The translations under genes were made by a program, and so were the position numbers. The notes beneath the pieces are model-generated. The model did not search any database. It was not told where the DNA came from and saw only the letters and a list, made by a program, of their open reading frames with translations. 53,762 nt of DNA from an uncultured delta proteobacterium (GTDB taxonomy: Bacteria > Desulfobacterota > Syntrophobacteria > BM002). Within the stretch, counting starts at the first letter, position 1. The number at the start of each line of letters is the position of its first letter. Positions 9,333-18,614 of the stretch are shown here, one piece after another. Where the stretch lies: contig CAVQGX010000008.1 in the NCBI GenBank assembly GCA_963712115.1, forward strand, positions 1-53,762. The letters run 5' to 3'.

Positions 9333-11501
9333 ATGGCAGAAATCAGCCGCTTGGCTTTGTCGCTCAGCAAGCTGGGGATACAGGCCCTGGCCCGTTGGTT
9401 TAGAGCATCGGTGCGCGTCCACGGCGCCGAAAATGTTCCAGATGGTGTCATCGTCTTCGCAGTGAACCACTTCACCCGCCTGGAAACCCTGATTCTCCCG
9501 TACGAGTTTTACAGGCTCACCGGCAAACCAATTATGTCTTTGGCCTACCACGGATTGTTTACCGGAGCTCTCGGTACATATTTGGACAACGTGGGTGCAG
9601 TATCTACGAAGGATCCCAACCGCGACAAAATTATTATTCGCTCTTTACTAATTGGAGAGAATCCCTGGCTAATTTTTCCAGAAGGCTCAATGATCAAGGA
9701 CAAAAAGATTATTGAGAGCGGCAAGTTCCTCATATACAGCACCACGGGCACCCGGCGCCCCCCCCATACCGGCGCTGCAGCGCTGGCATTACGTACGGAG
9801 TTCTACCGGCTAAGGCTTCAACACTTGCAGGCCACTGATGGCGATTTGCTCAATCAGCAGTTGGAGATTTTTAATCTTTCTGCCATGGAACAGGTGAGCA
9901 AGGGCGAGACCTTTCTGGTGCCGGTTAACATCAGCTATTATCCTATCCGCTCAAGGCAAAACGCTATTGAGAAAATTGCTTCATATCTTGTAAGAGACAT
10001 GCCCGCCCGCATAGTGGAGGAACTGCAAACCGAAGGGACAATGCTTCTTTCCGGAGTGGACATTGATATCACTATCGACAAACCTCTGGCCATAAGGCCA
10101 TTGCTCAGAAAGCGGGTTATCCAAAGAGACATACGCACCTTGCACCGCATAATGCCCGACGATTTACTGGCTTCCAGGCCGGTAATGAGGCGAATCGCCA
10201 GCAAACTTACCAGGAAAGTGATGGCCTCCATTTACCAAAATACAATGGTCAATTATGACCACCTGATTGCCTATATTTTAAAATATTATCCTGGGCAAAA
10301 ATTGAGTCTCTTCAGTCTAGCGCAACGGCTATACTTGGCTGCGGAAGCAGTCACCGAGCTCAAGTCCATAAGGTTGCATGCAGGGTTGCTCCAGGACCAA
10401 TGCGTCCAACTTTGTCGCAACTACCACACAGTCCTGGCCGACTTCCTCGAGGTGGCAAAACAAAGCGGTGCGGTGGAAGTAGAAGGCGATGTCATCCACT
10501 TGAGGAGGCTGGCAATGAAAACTCTTTTCGATTTTCACAGCATCCGGAGAGAAAATCCCTACCAGGTTATTCTCAACGAGGTGGAGTATCTTCGGCCGCT
10601 GACCAGGAAAGTGCGGTTAATCGCTGAACACTCTAATTGGTTGCTACGCTGGCGCCTGCGGCGCAAGTTTCTCAGAATAGCCAGTCAGGAATTCGACTCC
10701 GATTATGAAACCTATTGGCGTGATGGTGAGTCGAAACCTAAACATATTGGTGCCCCGACTTTTTACCGCAAGCTTCGTCCCAGGGCTGGAGTATTGCTGG
10801 TTCATGGTTATTTGGCTGCTCCAGAAGAGGTAAGGCCCCTTGCCGAATATCTCCATCAACAGGGCTACACCGTTTTTGTGCCGCGCCTCCGCGGACATGG
10901 CACCAGTCCCCAAGATCTGGCACTCAGATCCTGGGAAGATTGGTTGCAGTCAGTGGAACGTGGTTATATGATCCTGGCGAATAGTGCCAGGGATGTTGTT
11001 TTGGGAGGGTTCAGTATGGGAGCTGGTTTGGCCCTACTTGCAGCTACAAACATGCTATATAAGGTTAAAGCTGTTTTTGCCATCAACTGTGCGATGAGAC
11101 TGAGAAGACGAACGGCCAAGCTTGCCCCAGCTGTTGTTCTCTGGAACAAGCTGGTGGACAAACTAGTCAAAGATGAAGGACGGAGGCACTTTGTGCCCAA
11201 TGAGCCTGAAAACCCGCATATCAACTATTTCCGCAATCCAATAAGTGGAGTAAAAGAGCTAATGGAGCTAATGGAGCAGCTTTCACTCCGGCTTGATCGG
11301 ATCAAGGTTCCGACTCTCTTGATACAATCATCTGCGGACCCCGTTGTTCACCCCGAAGGAAGTAAAGAAGTATATGAAAATCTCGGTTCCGAGGATAAGG
11401 AGTTGGTCATGTTCAACTCCGACCGCCACGGAATCCTCAGAGGTGAACTTTCACAGCGTGTTTTTACCCGGATAGTAGAATTTCTCCATAGTAGAGTCTG
11501 A
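9333..11501 (+). CDS. PlsC-like acyltransferase fused to a C-terminal alpha/beta-hydrolase (carboxylesterase)
   Basis: NHFTRLE and IFPEG acyltransferase motifs; LLVHG, GFSMG nucleophile elbow, DPVV Asp and DRHG His. Confidence 0.85.
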   Translation: MAEISRLALSLSKLGIQALARWFRASVRVHGAENVPDGVIVFAVNHFTRLETLILPYEFYRLTGKPIMSLAYHGLFTGALGTYLDNVGAVSTKDPNRDKIIIRSLLIGENPWLIFPEGSMIKDKKIIESGKFLIYSTTGTRRPPHTGAAALALRTEFYRLRLQHLQATDGDLLNQQLEIFNLSAMEQVSKGETFLVPVNISYYPIRSRQNAIEKIASYLVRDMPARIVEELQTEGTMLLSGVDIDITIDKPLAIRPLLRKRVIQRDIRTLHRIMPDDLLASRPVMRRIASKLTRKVMASIYQNTMVNYDHLIAYILKYYPGQKLSLFSLAQRLYLAAEAVTELKSIRLHAGLLQDQCVQLCRNYHTVLADFLEVAKQSGAVEVEGDVIHLRRLAMKTLFDFHSIRRENPYQVILNEVEYLRPLTRKVRLIAEHSNWLLRWRLRRKFLRIASQEFDSDYETYWRDGESKPKHIGAPTFYRKLRPRAGVLLVHGYLAAPEEVRPLAEYLHQQGYTVFVPRLRGHGTSPQDLALRSWEDWLQSVERGYMILANSARDVVLGGFSMGAGLALLAATNMLYKVKAVFAINCAMRLRRRTAKLAPAVVLWNKLVDKLVKDEGRRHFVPNEPENPHINYFRNPISGVKELMELMEQLSLRLDRIKVPTLLIQSSADPVVHPEGSKEVYENLGSEDKELVMFNSDRHGILRGELSQRVFTRIVEFLHSRV

Positions 11502-11646
11502 ATAGATCGAAACCTCCATTTATCGCGCTCTTTCTGCAAGAACATCTGCAGCTAAAAACTTCCAATAGTTCATGACTAATTTTTTCCACTAGGAATTTTC
11601 TAAAAACCATTAAGAAAATACTCAGTTGATTCTGGATGAACGCTTC

Positions 11647-11665
11647 AACAATTGTTATCATTATG
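11647..11665. promoter_or_regulatory. Putative Fur/PerR-family box
   Basis: Reverse strand CATAATGATAACAATTGTT matches 14/19 of GATAATGATAATCATTATC; lies upstream of ferredoxin-rubrerythrin. Confidence 0.5.
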
Positions 11666-11737
11666 AGCAGCAGGCTTTAGGTTATCACAGACGGCCCAGA
11701 GACATCCCCAACAAGCAACTTAAACGAGGAGGTTCAC

Positions 11738-11932
11738 ATGAAGGTAAGAATTGATTATGACTTGTGCATGGGCGACAGGAATTGCAACAAGGTCTGTCCG
11801 GAGGTTTTTGAGTACGATGAGGATCAGATGGTGTCCAGAGTTCTCGTAGATGAGGTCCCTGAGCACCTTGAAAAAATGGTTGTTAAGGCAGCAGATGAAT
11901 GCGCACCCAAGGCGATCATCGTAGAGGAATAG
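11738..11932 (+). CDS. Single-cluster ferredoxin
   Basis: CMGDRNC...CP and distal ECAP; GAGGAGG RBS. Confidence 0.9.
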   Translation: MKVRIDYDLCMGDRNCNKVCPEVFEYDEDQMVSRVLVDEVPEHLEKMVVKAADECAPKAIIVEE

Positions 11933-12105
11933 TTTGTCACCAATCACCGCAGAGACCGCAGAGAATTCATGGGCAGAAGGTGCCCCTGTCCAGGGGGTAT
12001 CTTTCTTAAGCATTATAGGTTTATCACCTCTGCCTGATCGGCGAACTTGTGCGGTGAAGTCTTACAGGTCGTCCAGGGACTATTTACACAGGAGGATAAA
12101 ACCAA

Positions 12106-12681
12106 GTGGGCAAGTTCAAAGGTAGTAGAACGGAAAGAAATCTACTCACCGCCTTTGCTGGGGAATCTCAGGCGCGAAACCGCTACACCTACTTCGCCGA
12201 GAAGGCAAGGCAAGATGGTTTCATACAGATAGCAAACATCTTCGCAGAAACAGCGAACCATGAGAAGGAACATGCGAAGAGGTTCTTTAAATTCCTAAAT
12301 GGTGGTGAGGTGGAAATCAACTGGAGCTTTCCAGCTGGAGTAATAGGCAACACCTATGAAAATCTCCTGGCTGCAGCAGCCGGTGAACGGTACGAGCACA
12401 CCGAGATGTATCCGGGTTTTGCTAAGGTTGCCAGGGAAGAAGGATTCATCCGGGTGGCGGATGTCTTGGAAGCGGTGCGTGTTGCGGAAAGACAGCATGA
12501 AAAAAGGTACCTCGAGCTGGCAGCGAATGTCAAAGATAGCCTGGCTTTTAAACGGGACCAAGAAGTGGTCTGGCGCTGCCTAAACTGTGGTTATCTACAC
12601 GTGTACAAAGAAGCACCCGAAGTCTGCCCTGCTTGTATCAGCCCACAAGGTTATTTTGAGATACTGGGTGAGAATTGGTAG
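12106..12681 (+). CDS. rbr: Rubrerythrin
   Basis: AFAGESQARNRY, EKEHAK, ERQHE and C-terminal CLNC/CPAC rubredoxin domain. Confidence 0.95.
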   Translation: MGKFKGSRTERNLLTAFAGESQARNRYTYFAEKARQDGFIQIANIFAETANHEKEHAKRFFKFLNGGEVEINWSFPAGVIGNTYENLLAAAAGERYEHTEMYPGFAKVAREEGFIRVADVLEAVRVAERQHEKRYLELAANVKDSLAFKRDQEVVWRCLNCGYLHVYKEAPEVCPACISPQGYFEILGENW

Positions 12682-12826
12682 GCCATCTCCGAGGTCGAAA
12701 GGGAGTGGCATGCATCTGTGAACAGACTAACTGTTAATTTGCCACAGGAATTTCCCCAAAGATGAGTCGATGATTTTTCTGACCTTTTTTGAAGAGGCAG
12801 TTCACATTAGTGTGTAAATGAAATTA

Positions 12827-13053
12827 CCTTTTACTGATGTCTCTTCTGTCGTTCCCACCGGGGCGTAGGCCCCTATGGGCCGGAGGCCAGGGCTAACGGT
12901 CTGGTCACTTCTATCCTGGCTGTGGCCGGGGGAAGGCGCCCTCTCCCTGTTCCCGCCTTCGCCAAGCTTCGGCGGGCCAGGGGCTCCCCCAGCCACAGCA
13001 GAGGAAGTGGCACAGACCTTCCGCAGTCACTCAGAAGAGACATCAGTCAAAGG
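12827..13053. repeat. 227-bp rod-like imperfect palindrome
   Basis: Arms CCTTTTACTGATGTCTCTTCTG / CAGAAGAGACATCAGTCAAAGG with nested inner stems. Confidence 0.7.
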
Positions 13054-13320
13054 CCAGAAGGGGAAGCTGCGAAACAACGAGCATCTGAGCAACCTGTCTT
13101 TACCAATCTCCCCCTTGAGAGGGCCTGCATGAAGATGTGGTGCTCCCTGAACAGGGACCCTGCCAATAAATGGCGCGAATATGATCGTTTTGGAGTAGCT
13201 TCCCCGTAGCCTATGTCACAAAAATATTTTTGGGGAAACTCCCGGTTTCCCAGCCTTGACAGCCCCATTGCTTCGTGTCACAGTTGCATACAGCCAAGCA
13301 ACATAGGAAAGGAACCAGTG

Positions 13321-13812
13321 ATGGGACCAATAACCGCAGAACTCGTACTTGAGACTGCAAAGTCTAGCATAGGGTCCGCAGAGTATTGTATTCTCATCAC
13401 CTTAGGTGAGAAAGGGGAAGCAAATGCCAGACTGGTGCAACCATTTGAGCCTGAACCGGATATGACAATCTGGGTCGGCACCTGGTCAAAGTCCCGAAAG
13501 GTGCGGGAAATTCAAAAGGACAACCGGGTTACTTTGGCTTTCCATGACAAAGAGGGTACCGCCTATGTCACCCTCATGGGGTCAGCCCAGATAGAGAACG
13601 ATACTAACATGAAGCGCAAGTACTGGCGGGAGGAATGGATTGGATTCATTCCGCAAGGCCCAGACGGAGATGACTACGTGCTTGTCAAGTTCATTCCCTT
13701 CCGGATTGAACTTATGAGCTTTGGTAGTGGTATTCTGCCGAAACCCTATGGCCTTAAGCCTGCCGTTGTCGTCCGATCAGGGGATTTGTGGGTTGTAGCC
13801 GATAATGGTTAA
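13321..13812 (+). CDS. Pyridoxamine 5'-phosphate oxidase-like FMN-binding protein (general stress protein 26 type)
   Basis: ANARLVQPF, SRKVREIQKDNRVTLAF and YVTLMG split-barrel pattern. Confidence 0.75.
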   Translation: MGPITAELVLETAKSSIGSAEYCILITLGEKGEANARLVQPFEPEPDMTIWVGTWSKSRKVREIQKDNRVTLAFHDKEGTAYVTLMGSAQIENDTNMKRKYWREEWIGFIPQGPDGDDYVLVKFIPFRIELMSFGSGILPKPYGLKPAVVVRSGDLWVVADNG

Positions 13813-13841
13813 AACTATTCGACAATCCTCCTATCCTCAAA

Positions 13842-14636
13842 TCATCTATCTGCCCCTCTGATATAATCACCAATTTTTCTCATCTGCACGAGTTCATCCT
13901 CGCTCATGGGACCACGGTCTAGGGTCCTCAGGGCTTCTCGCATTTGCTCTAGGTTTTTAGGTCCCGTCAGGCAAATATTTACTGCTGGATGGGACAGAAC
14001 AAAACGGTAGCAGTCACTCGCCGATGGTGGAGGTTCGCCGGGGGGCATTCTTTTTTCTTCGAGAAGCTGGCCCCATCTTGTAGCAGTATAACTTACCACA
14101 CCTGCACCGTTCTCTCCCTGCAGGTAGGGAAAAGAGTCTGATTCCGCTCCGCGGTGCGCGGCACTGTAGCGAATGTGAAAGACATCAAACAAGTTTTCTT
14201 TGGCTAATTCCGGAAAGAGCCTCCGATTGTGGCTGGATACTGCCAAAAAACGAAACATCCCTTTTCTCTTCATAGTATTGGCCCTTTCCAATATCCTCCT
14301 GGGAGGTCTTTGCCCGTACCAACCCAACAGTAAGACGTCGCCGCAATCTAGAGCTAAACGTTTCAATGCCCTTCGACAGGACAGTTCCAGCAGAGAAGCA
14401 GAGCGCGAATAACTCTGGATTACTATAATCAAGTCATTCCGTTTACCCCTTCCGCAGATATTCCTGATTGCCTCAGCCATTCCACTCTTGCGCAGAGACC
14501 CCCAATAGAAATAATTACATCCCCGATCAAATGCTTCTTCAAAAGCCTGAGCTGGCGCACCATAGGTTGAAGCGACTCCTAATCTTCCTACTTTAAGACC
14601 TGTCCTGCCTAGAACCGTTGGTTGGTTTAAATTCAT
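13842..14636 (-). CDS. Aldo/keto reductase family protein (short, divergent)
   Basis: LGRTGLKVGRLG N-terminus, CYRFVLSHPAV and GPKNLEQMRE. Confidence 0.75.
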   Translation of the reverse strand: MNLNQPTVLGRTGLKVGRLGVASTYGAPAQAFEEAFDRGCNYFYWGSLRKSGMAEAIRNICGRGKRNDLIIVIQSYSRSASLLELSCRRALKRLALDCGDVLLLGWYGQRPPRRILERANTMKRKGMFRFLAVSSHNRRLFPELAKENLFDVFHIRYSAAHRGAESDSFPYLQGENGAGVVSYTATRWGQLLEEKRMPPGEPPPSASDCYRFVLSHPAVNICLTGPKNLEQMREALRTLDRGPMSEDELVQMRKIGDYIRGADR

Positions 14637-14806
14637 ATACCGTTCCTCATATTCGATGCTGGATACTAGATGCTGGATATTATATTACTTTAGTCAAGGA
14701 TTCTGCGTACTGAATCGGTTCATTCCTTAAACTCTTTCTTGTGTTTTTCTCCTTTAGTGCTTAATAAATCATGAAAGAATCATTAACGTCAATCTAGGAG
14801 GTAGCT

Positions 14807-15766
14807 ATGGAATTGCGCTCCCTGGGAACTTCTCAAGTAAAAATTTCTCCGATCATAATGGGCACCTGGCAGGCAGGCAAAGACATGTGGGTAGGTATAG
14901 ATGACTCTGAGACCATCAAGGCCTTACGAACTGCATTTGAGGCGGGTATTACCACCATAGATACCGCCGAGTATTATGGCCATGGTCATTCCGAACGACT
15001 TATAGGCGAAGCCCTTGCTGACGTTCGAGATAAGGTGGTGTACGCAACCAAGGTTTTTGCCAACCATCTTAAATATGACCAGGTTGTGGAAGCCTGCCGC
15101 CGCTCCCTCAAAAATCTCAAGACTGACTACATTGATCTCTACCAGATTCACTGGCCCGCCGGTTCCTGGAACACTGAGTATGTACCCATAGAGGAAACCA
15201 TGGGGGCATTGAATGACCTCAAAGAACAAGGCAAAATAAGGGCAATTGGTGTGTCTAATTTCTCCAGAGCGCAGCTTGAAGAAGCAGCCGGGTATGGTCG
15301 GATTGATAGTCTGCAGCCGCCCTACTCTCTTTTCTGGCGTCAAGTAGAAAAGGATGCGCAGCCATACTGTGTGCAAAACAACATTACCATCTTGGCCTAT
15401 TCTTCCATGGCTCAGGGGCTGTTGACCGGGAAATTTGGGCCCAATCACAAATTTGCCAAGGGCGATCATCGCTCAAGAAACAAGCTCTTCAAGCCAGAGA
15501 ACTATCAGCGCATTCAGCAGGCACTGGAAAGACTGCGCCCCATTGCGGAACGCAATGGAATTAGCCTGGGACAACTGGCTCTAGGCTGGCTCATTGCCCA
15601 GCCCAGTACATGTGCAATTGCCGGAGCGCGGAATGCCGAGCAAGTTCAGCAAAATGCCAAGGCCGGCGAAATCCTCCTCTCTCCTGGTGATTTAGAGGAA
15701 ATAGACCACATAGGGAGGAGCGTCACCGACCACCTGGACGATAATCCTGTAATGTGGGAGTTTTAG
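14807..15766 (+). CDS. Aldo/keto reductase
   Basis: IDTAEYYG, SLKNLKTDYIDLYQIHWP and IGVSNF. Confidence 0.93.
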   Translation: MELRSLGTSQVKISPIIMGTWQAGKDMWVGIDDSETIKALRTAFEAGITTIDTAEYYGHGHSERLIGEALADVRDKVVYATKVFANHLKYDQVVEACRRSLKNLKTDYIDLYQIHWPAGSWNTEYVPIEETMGALNDLKEQGKIRAIGVSNFSRAQLEEAAGYGRIDSLQPPYSLFWRQVEKDAQPYCVQNNITILAYSSMAQGLLTGKFGPNHKFAKGDHRSRNKLFKPENYQRIQQALERLRPIAERNGISLGQLALGWLIAQPSTCAIAGARNAEQVQQNAKAGEILLSPGDLEEIDHIGRSVTDHLDDNPVMWEF

Positions 15767-15783
15767 CCCTAGGAGAGTATGTA

Positions 15784-15996
15784 TTAGACTCTGAAGGTTG
15801 GTTCTGCTGCAGGGCGGAAGCTCGTTCTCTGACCTGAGTAAACTTCGTACTCGGCAATAAAGATGCGGCTGCTAACCCCTGAGCATTGTTTGGGACATCC
15901 TTGTGACTGGGTAGCGTTGATGATTTCGATCAAGGACTTTCCATCAGTCCACCAACTGAAATTACAGTTACGACAAACCCAGAGAGCGCGCTGCAT
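15784..15996 (-). CDS. Small Cys-rich hypothetical protein (possible Zn ribbon)
   Basis: WVCRNC...CPKQC; convergent with the AKR gene. Confidence 0.45.
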   Translation of the reverse strand: MQRALWVCRNCNFSWWTDGKSLIEIINATQSQGCPKQCSGVSSRIFIAEYEVYSGQRTSFRPAAEPTFRV

Positions 15997-16529
15997 CTGC
16001 CTGCAACCTTTCTCCCAAGAAGACCTGAATCAACCCTGGTCTAAATGGGTCATTGTGATCTTGCCGTACTTGGCACTGAGAAATTACTGCTATGAGGCTC
16101 GGGAAGCCAAAGACGCTACTTATATTCTCAGCTAGAATACAGAAACGAAAATACCATTGCAACATAATTATTAGTGAAATTAAAAACAGTTGATTGCAAA
16201 ATAGTTTAAATAAAAATCTAGGTCCAAAGGACCCAGCCTTGAGCTAACCGCATGAAGCAAAGCGCTAAGCCCATAGCGCAAAGCGTTTGGTAAACAGTGA
16301 ACGGTAAACCGATCATGCGCTGGCTGCGCAACTGTTCACCGTTTACCATTTACCGTTTGGGTTTTTTTCCCATGCTCTCTGCGATCTGACCTAGCCACAG
16401 GAGGTATTCACCCCAGTCATTGGGCAAATCCTAGAAAAATGGGCAAACTCCTGGAAAAGGAAACCTTGCATTGCCCCGTGTCTGCGGGTAAACTCTTCCA
16501 TTGTTATTTTCCAGGATGGAGCACGAGCT

Positions 16530-17057
16530 ATGATCAGGAAAATGCCAGTAGCACTTATAGCAGCTTCTCTGTTCTTCGGGTGCGGGTTAAGTTGGAAAGA
16601 TCAGGGGCCCCCGCCGAGGCAAGAAGGTAGATCTCCAGAGATTATAAGCTTTCAGGCTGAGGAGGTTATTCGCCCTGGTGAAACCTGGAGGGTTTATTTG
16701 AAGCTGCGAGATGTGGATTGCGACATGGCTTACGTAGTTACCCATCTGTGGCAAGCAGGTGTTGGCGCCTACCCGGTCAGTTTTACTCCAATAAGGCAGA
16801 ACGGCTGCCCTGAACTCGTGGGCTACCTTTTCCTTAGAACTCCCGCGGATACAGGTTTGGTCCAGAATCAATACGACGCAAAAATTTTTGTTCGAGATCG
16901 ACAAGGGAATCACAGTAAATCGATTGATTTGTCGTTGAACTTCGACTTGATTGCTTCCAAGAAGTTGCCTGATGAATGGCAAGGCCAACCTGCGGTTTCT
17001 ATTGGCGCCATAATGATTGATCTGGCAAACGCACAAAGAAGTGACACAGGAAGATAG
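16530..17057 (+). CDS. Hypothetical lipoprotein
   Basis: Signal peptide with FFGC lipobox. Confidence 0.65.
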   Translation: MIRKMPVALIAASLFFGCGLSWKDQGPPPRQEGRSPEIISFQAEEVIRPGETWRVYLKLRDVDCDMAYVVTHLWQAGVGAYPVSFTPIRQNGCPELVGYLFLRTPADTGLVQNQYDAKIFVRDRQGNHSKSIDLSLNFDLIASKKLPDEWQGQPAVSIGAIMIDLANAQRSDTGR

Positions 17058-17142
17058 TTAGGAGATTGCGGATTTAGGATTTCGGATTTGGGATCTCAGA
17101 TTTATCTGTGAGCCCTATCCTCCATGCCCCATGCTCTATGCT

Positions 17143-18345
17143 CTAAGCGAAGACCCTGACCATCAGAGGAATAGCAACAAAAGTTCCCAGTGAACTCCCT
17201 ATATTGGTAAATACTACGACCAGTAGGATTCGGGTTATCTTATTCTTCCAAAATCCTTTCAGTGAGGAGATGTCCTCAGGCAGCCTCTCGAAGTCCTTGA
17301 CTTTTGGCTTTTCCACAAAAGCCTCGACAAGGCCGGAAACCCATCCAGCAGCGATCATAGGATTGAGTGAAGTGAGCGGGGCCGAGACAACAGCGGAGAA
17401 AATGGTCAAAGGATGAGCGAATGCAAGGGCGGCACCAAGACCGGCCAGTATGCTGTTAGCCAAAATCCACCACTTGAGCATATTAGTGGTTGTGGAAGTT
17501 CCAGCAGTGAAAAAACCGAAGACGAACAATGCCAGTATTAGAAGCGGAATGATCCACTTGAATACACTGACAATCTTACTTCTTGGCGGAATATGGTTGA
17601 GTGGCCCGATATCTATGGGCAGGTTCCAATAATGCTTTATTCCAGGAACGTGGCCGGCACCGACCACAGCTACAATCTTCTTACCTGGAGCATTTCTAAT
17701 CTTGTAAGTAAGGTACTGATCTCTTTCGTCTATGAGAATGTGTTTTACTTCCGGCAACTCTTCGCCTATCTCTGAAAGCAAGCTTTCAAGCACGTCCCTC
17801 TTTTTCATTTCTTCAATTTGTTCTTCAGTTATAGACTCCAAGCCCCCTGCTGAGGTGATAATTTGGGCCAAAAGCTTAATCTTGGTCCACAGCCCCATTA
17901 GGCGCCAGGTTCTCGCTAAAGTAGTACGTATGTCCCTGTCTGCGAGATGAATGTCGGCACCCAACCCCTCGGCTACCTGGATGGCGCGCATCATTTCTTC
18001 ACCGGGTTTGGTGCCAAGCTTATGACCAATCTTTTTTTGGAAATAGGCAAGAATAAGATTTGACAGCAAGAGAAAAGCCTTTTTTTCCCTGATCACTTTA
18101 AAAACATTTGCCTCTTGCCAGGTTTTCTTTTGTGTTAGAGATTCATATCTGGATTTACATAGTTCCACACAGACTGTATCTGGATTTTCCTCATTAATTA
18201 CCTGATTGACTAGATCGACGCTTTCCCTCGAGACATGAGCCGTGCCCACGAGGCGGATTTCTTTATCGTCAATAGTTAAATAGTGTAAGTTATCTTTGAC
18301 CATTGCCATTTTTTTTGCGGAAGATGTTTTTTGGATAGCGTCCAT
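17143..18345 (-). CDS. TraB/GumN (pheromone-shutdown-like) family membrane protein; start uncertain
   Basis: LVGTAHVS, VCVEL, LIDERD, VVGAGH and C-terminal TM helices with SAPLTSLNP. Confidence 0.88.
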   Translation of the reverse strand: MDAIQKTSSAKKMAMVKDNLHYLTIDDKEIRLVGTAHVSRESVDLVNQVINEENPDTVCVELCKSRYESLTQKKTWQEANVFKVIREKKAFLLLSNLILAYFQKKIGHKLGTKPGEEMMRAIQVAEGLGADIHLADRDIRTTLARTWRLMGLWTKIKLLAQIITSAGGLESITEEQIEEMKKRDVLESLLSEIGEELPEVKHILIDERDQYLTYKIRNAPGKKIVAVVGAGHVPGIKHYWNLPIDIGPLNHIPPRSKIVSVFKWIIPLLILALFVFGFFTAGTSTTTNMLKWWILANSILAGLGAALAFAHPLTIFSAVVSAPLTSLNPMIAAGWVSGLVEAFVEKPKVKDFERLPEDISSLKGFWKNKITRILLVVVFTNIGSSLGTFVAIPLMVRVFA

Positions 18346-18365
18346 TCAGAAACTACTGATCCGGG

Positions 18366-18469
18366 TGTCATTCTGAGGAGTATAGCGACGAAGAATCTCG
18401 AGGATTCTGCGTCTCGCAGAGATTCTTCGCTGAGTTTACCCTGAGTGACTCGAAGGGCTCAGAATGACA
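18366..18469. repeat. REP-like nested palindrome
   Basis: TGTCATTCTGAG...CGAAGAATCTC...GAGATTCTTCG...CTCAGAATGACA. Confidence 0.75.
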
Positions 18470-18614
18470 TTCAGCACTTTCCGTATGGACAGTAGATAGT
18501 GAATGTAATTGCTCTTGGATGTGAAAGCAAGAGAAGATAAGAGTTTCATCTTAAAATAAATTCTGCCGGCTCGGTGGCGGGCGGCTTGCTGCTATATGAA
18601 GGGATGAAATCACA

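Noticed and set aside
9001-9333. 110-aa ORF after efp and similar ORFs over heptamer repeats (21897, 28012, 32186)
   Set aside because: Low-complexity translations of tandem repeats (ILDFRF, SNLKS, RCRVSG) without RBS support.
12827-13053. Calling the long hairpin 6S RNA
   Set aside because: No clear central bubble and not in the usual zapA/ygfA/rny context; kept only as an unexplained palindrome.
15997-16053. In-frame TGA upstream of the 15784-15996 ORF as a second Sec codon
   Set aside because: No Cys-like context or clear SECIS hairpin; ATG 15996 has its own purine-rich leader.
16420-16470. Twice-repeated GGGCAAA resembling a c-di-GMP-I riboswitch
   Set aside because: No GACGCAAAGC segment or P2 stem follows.
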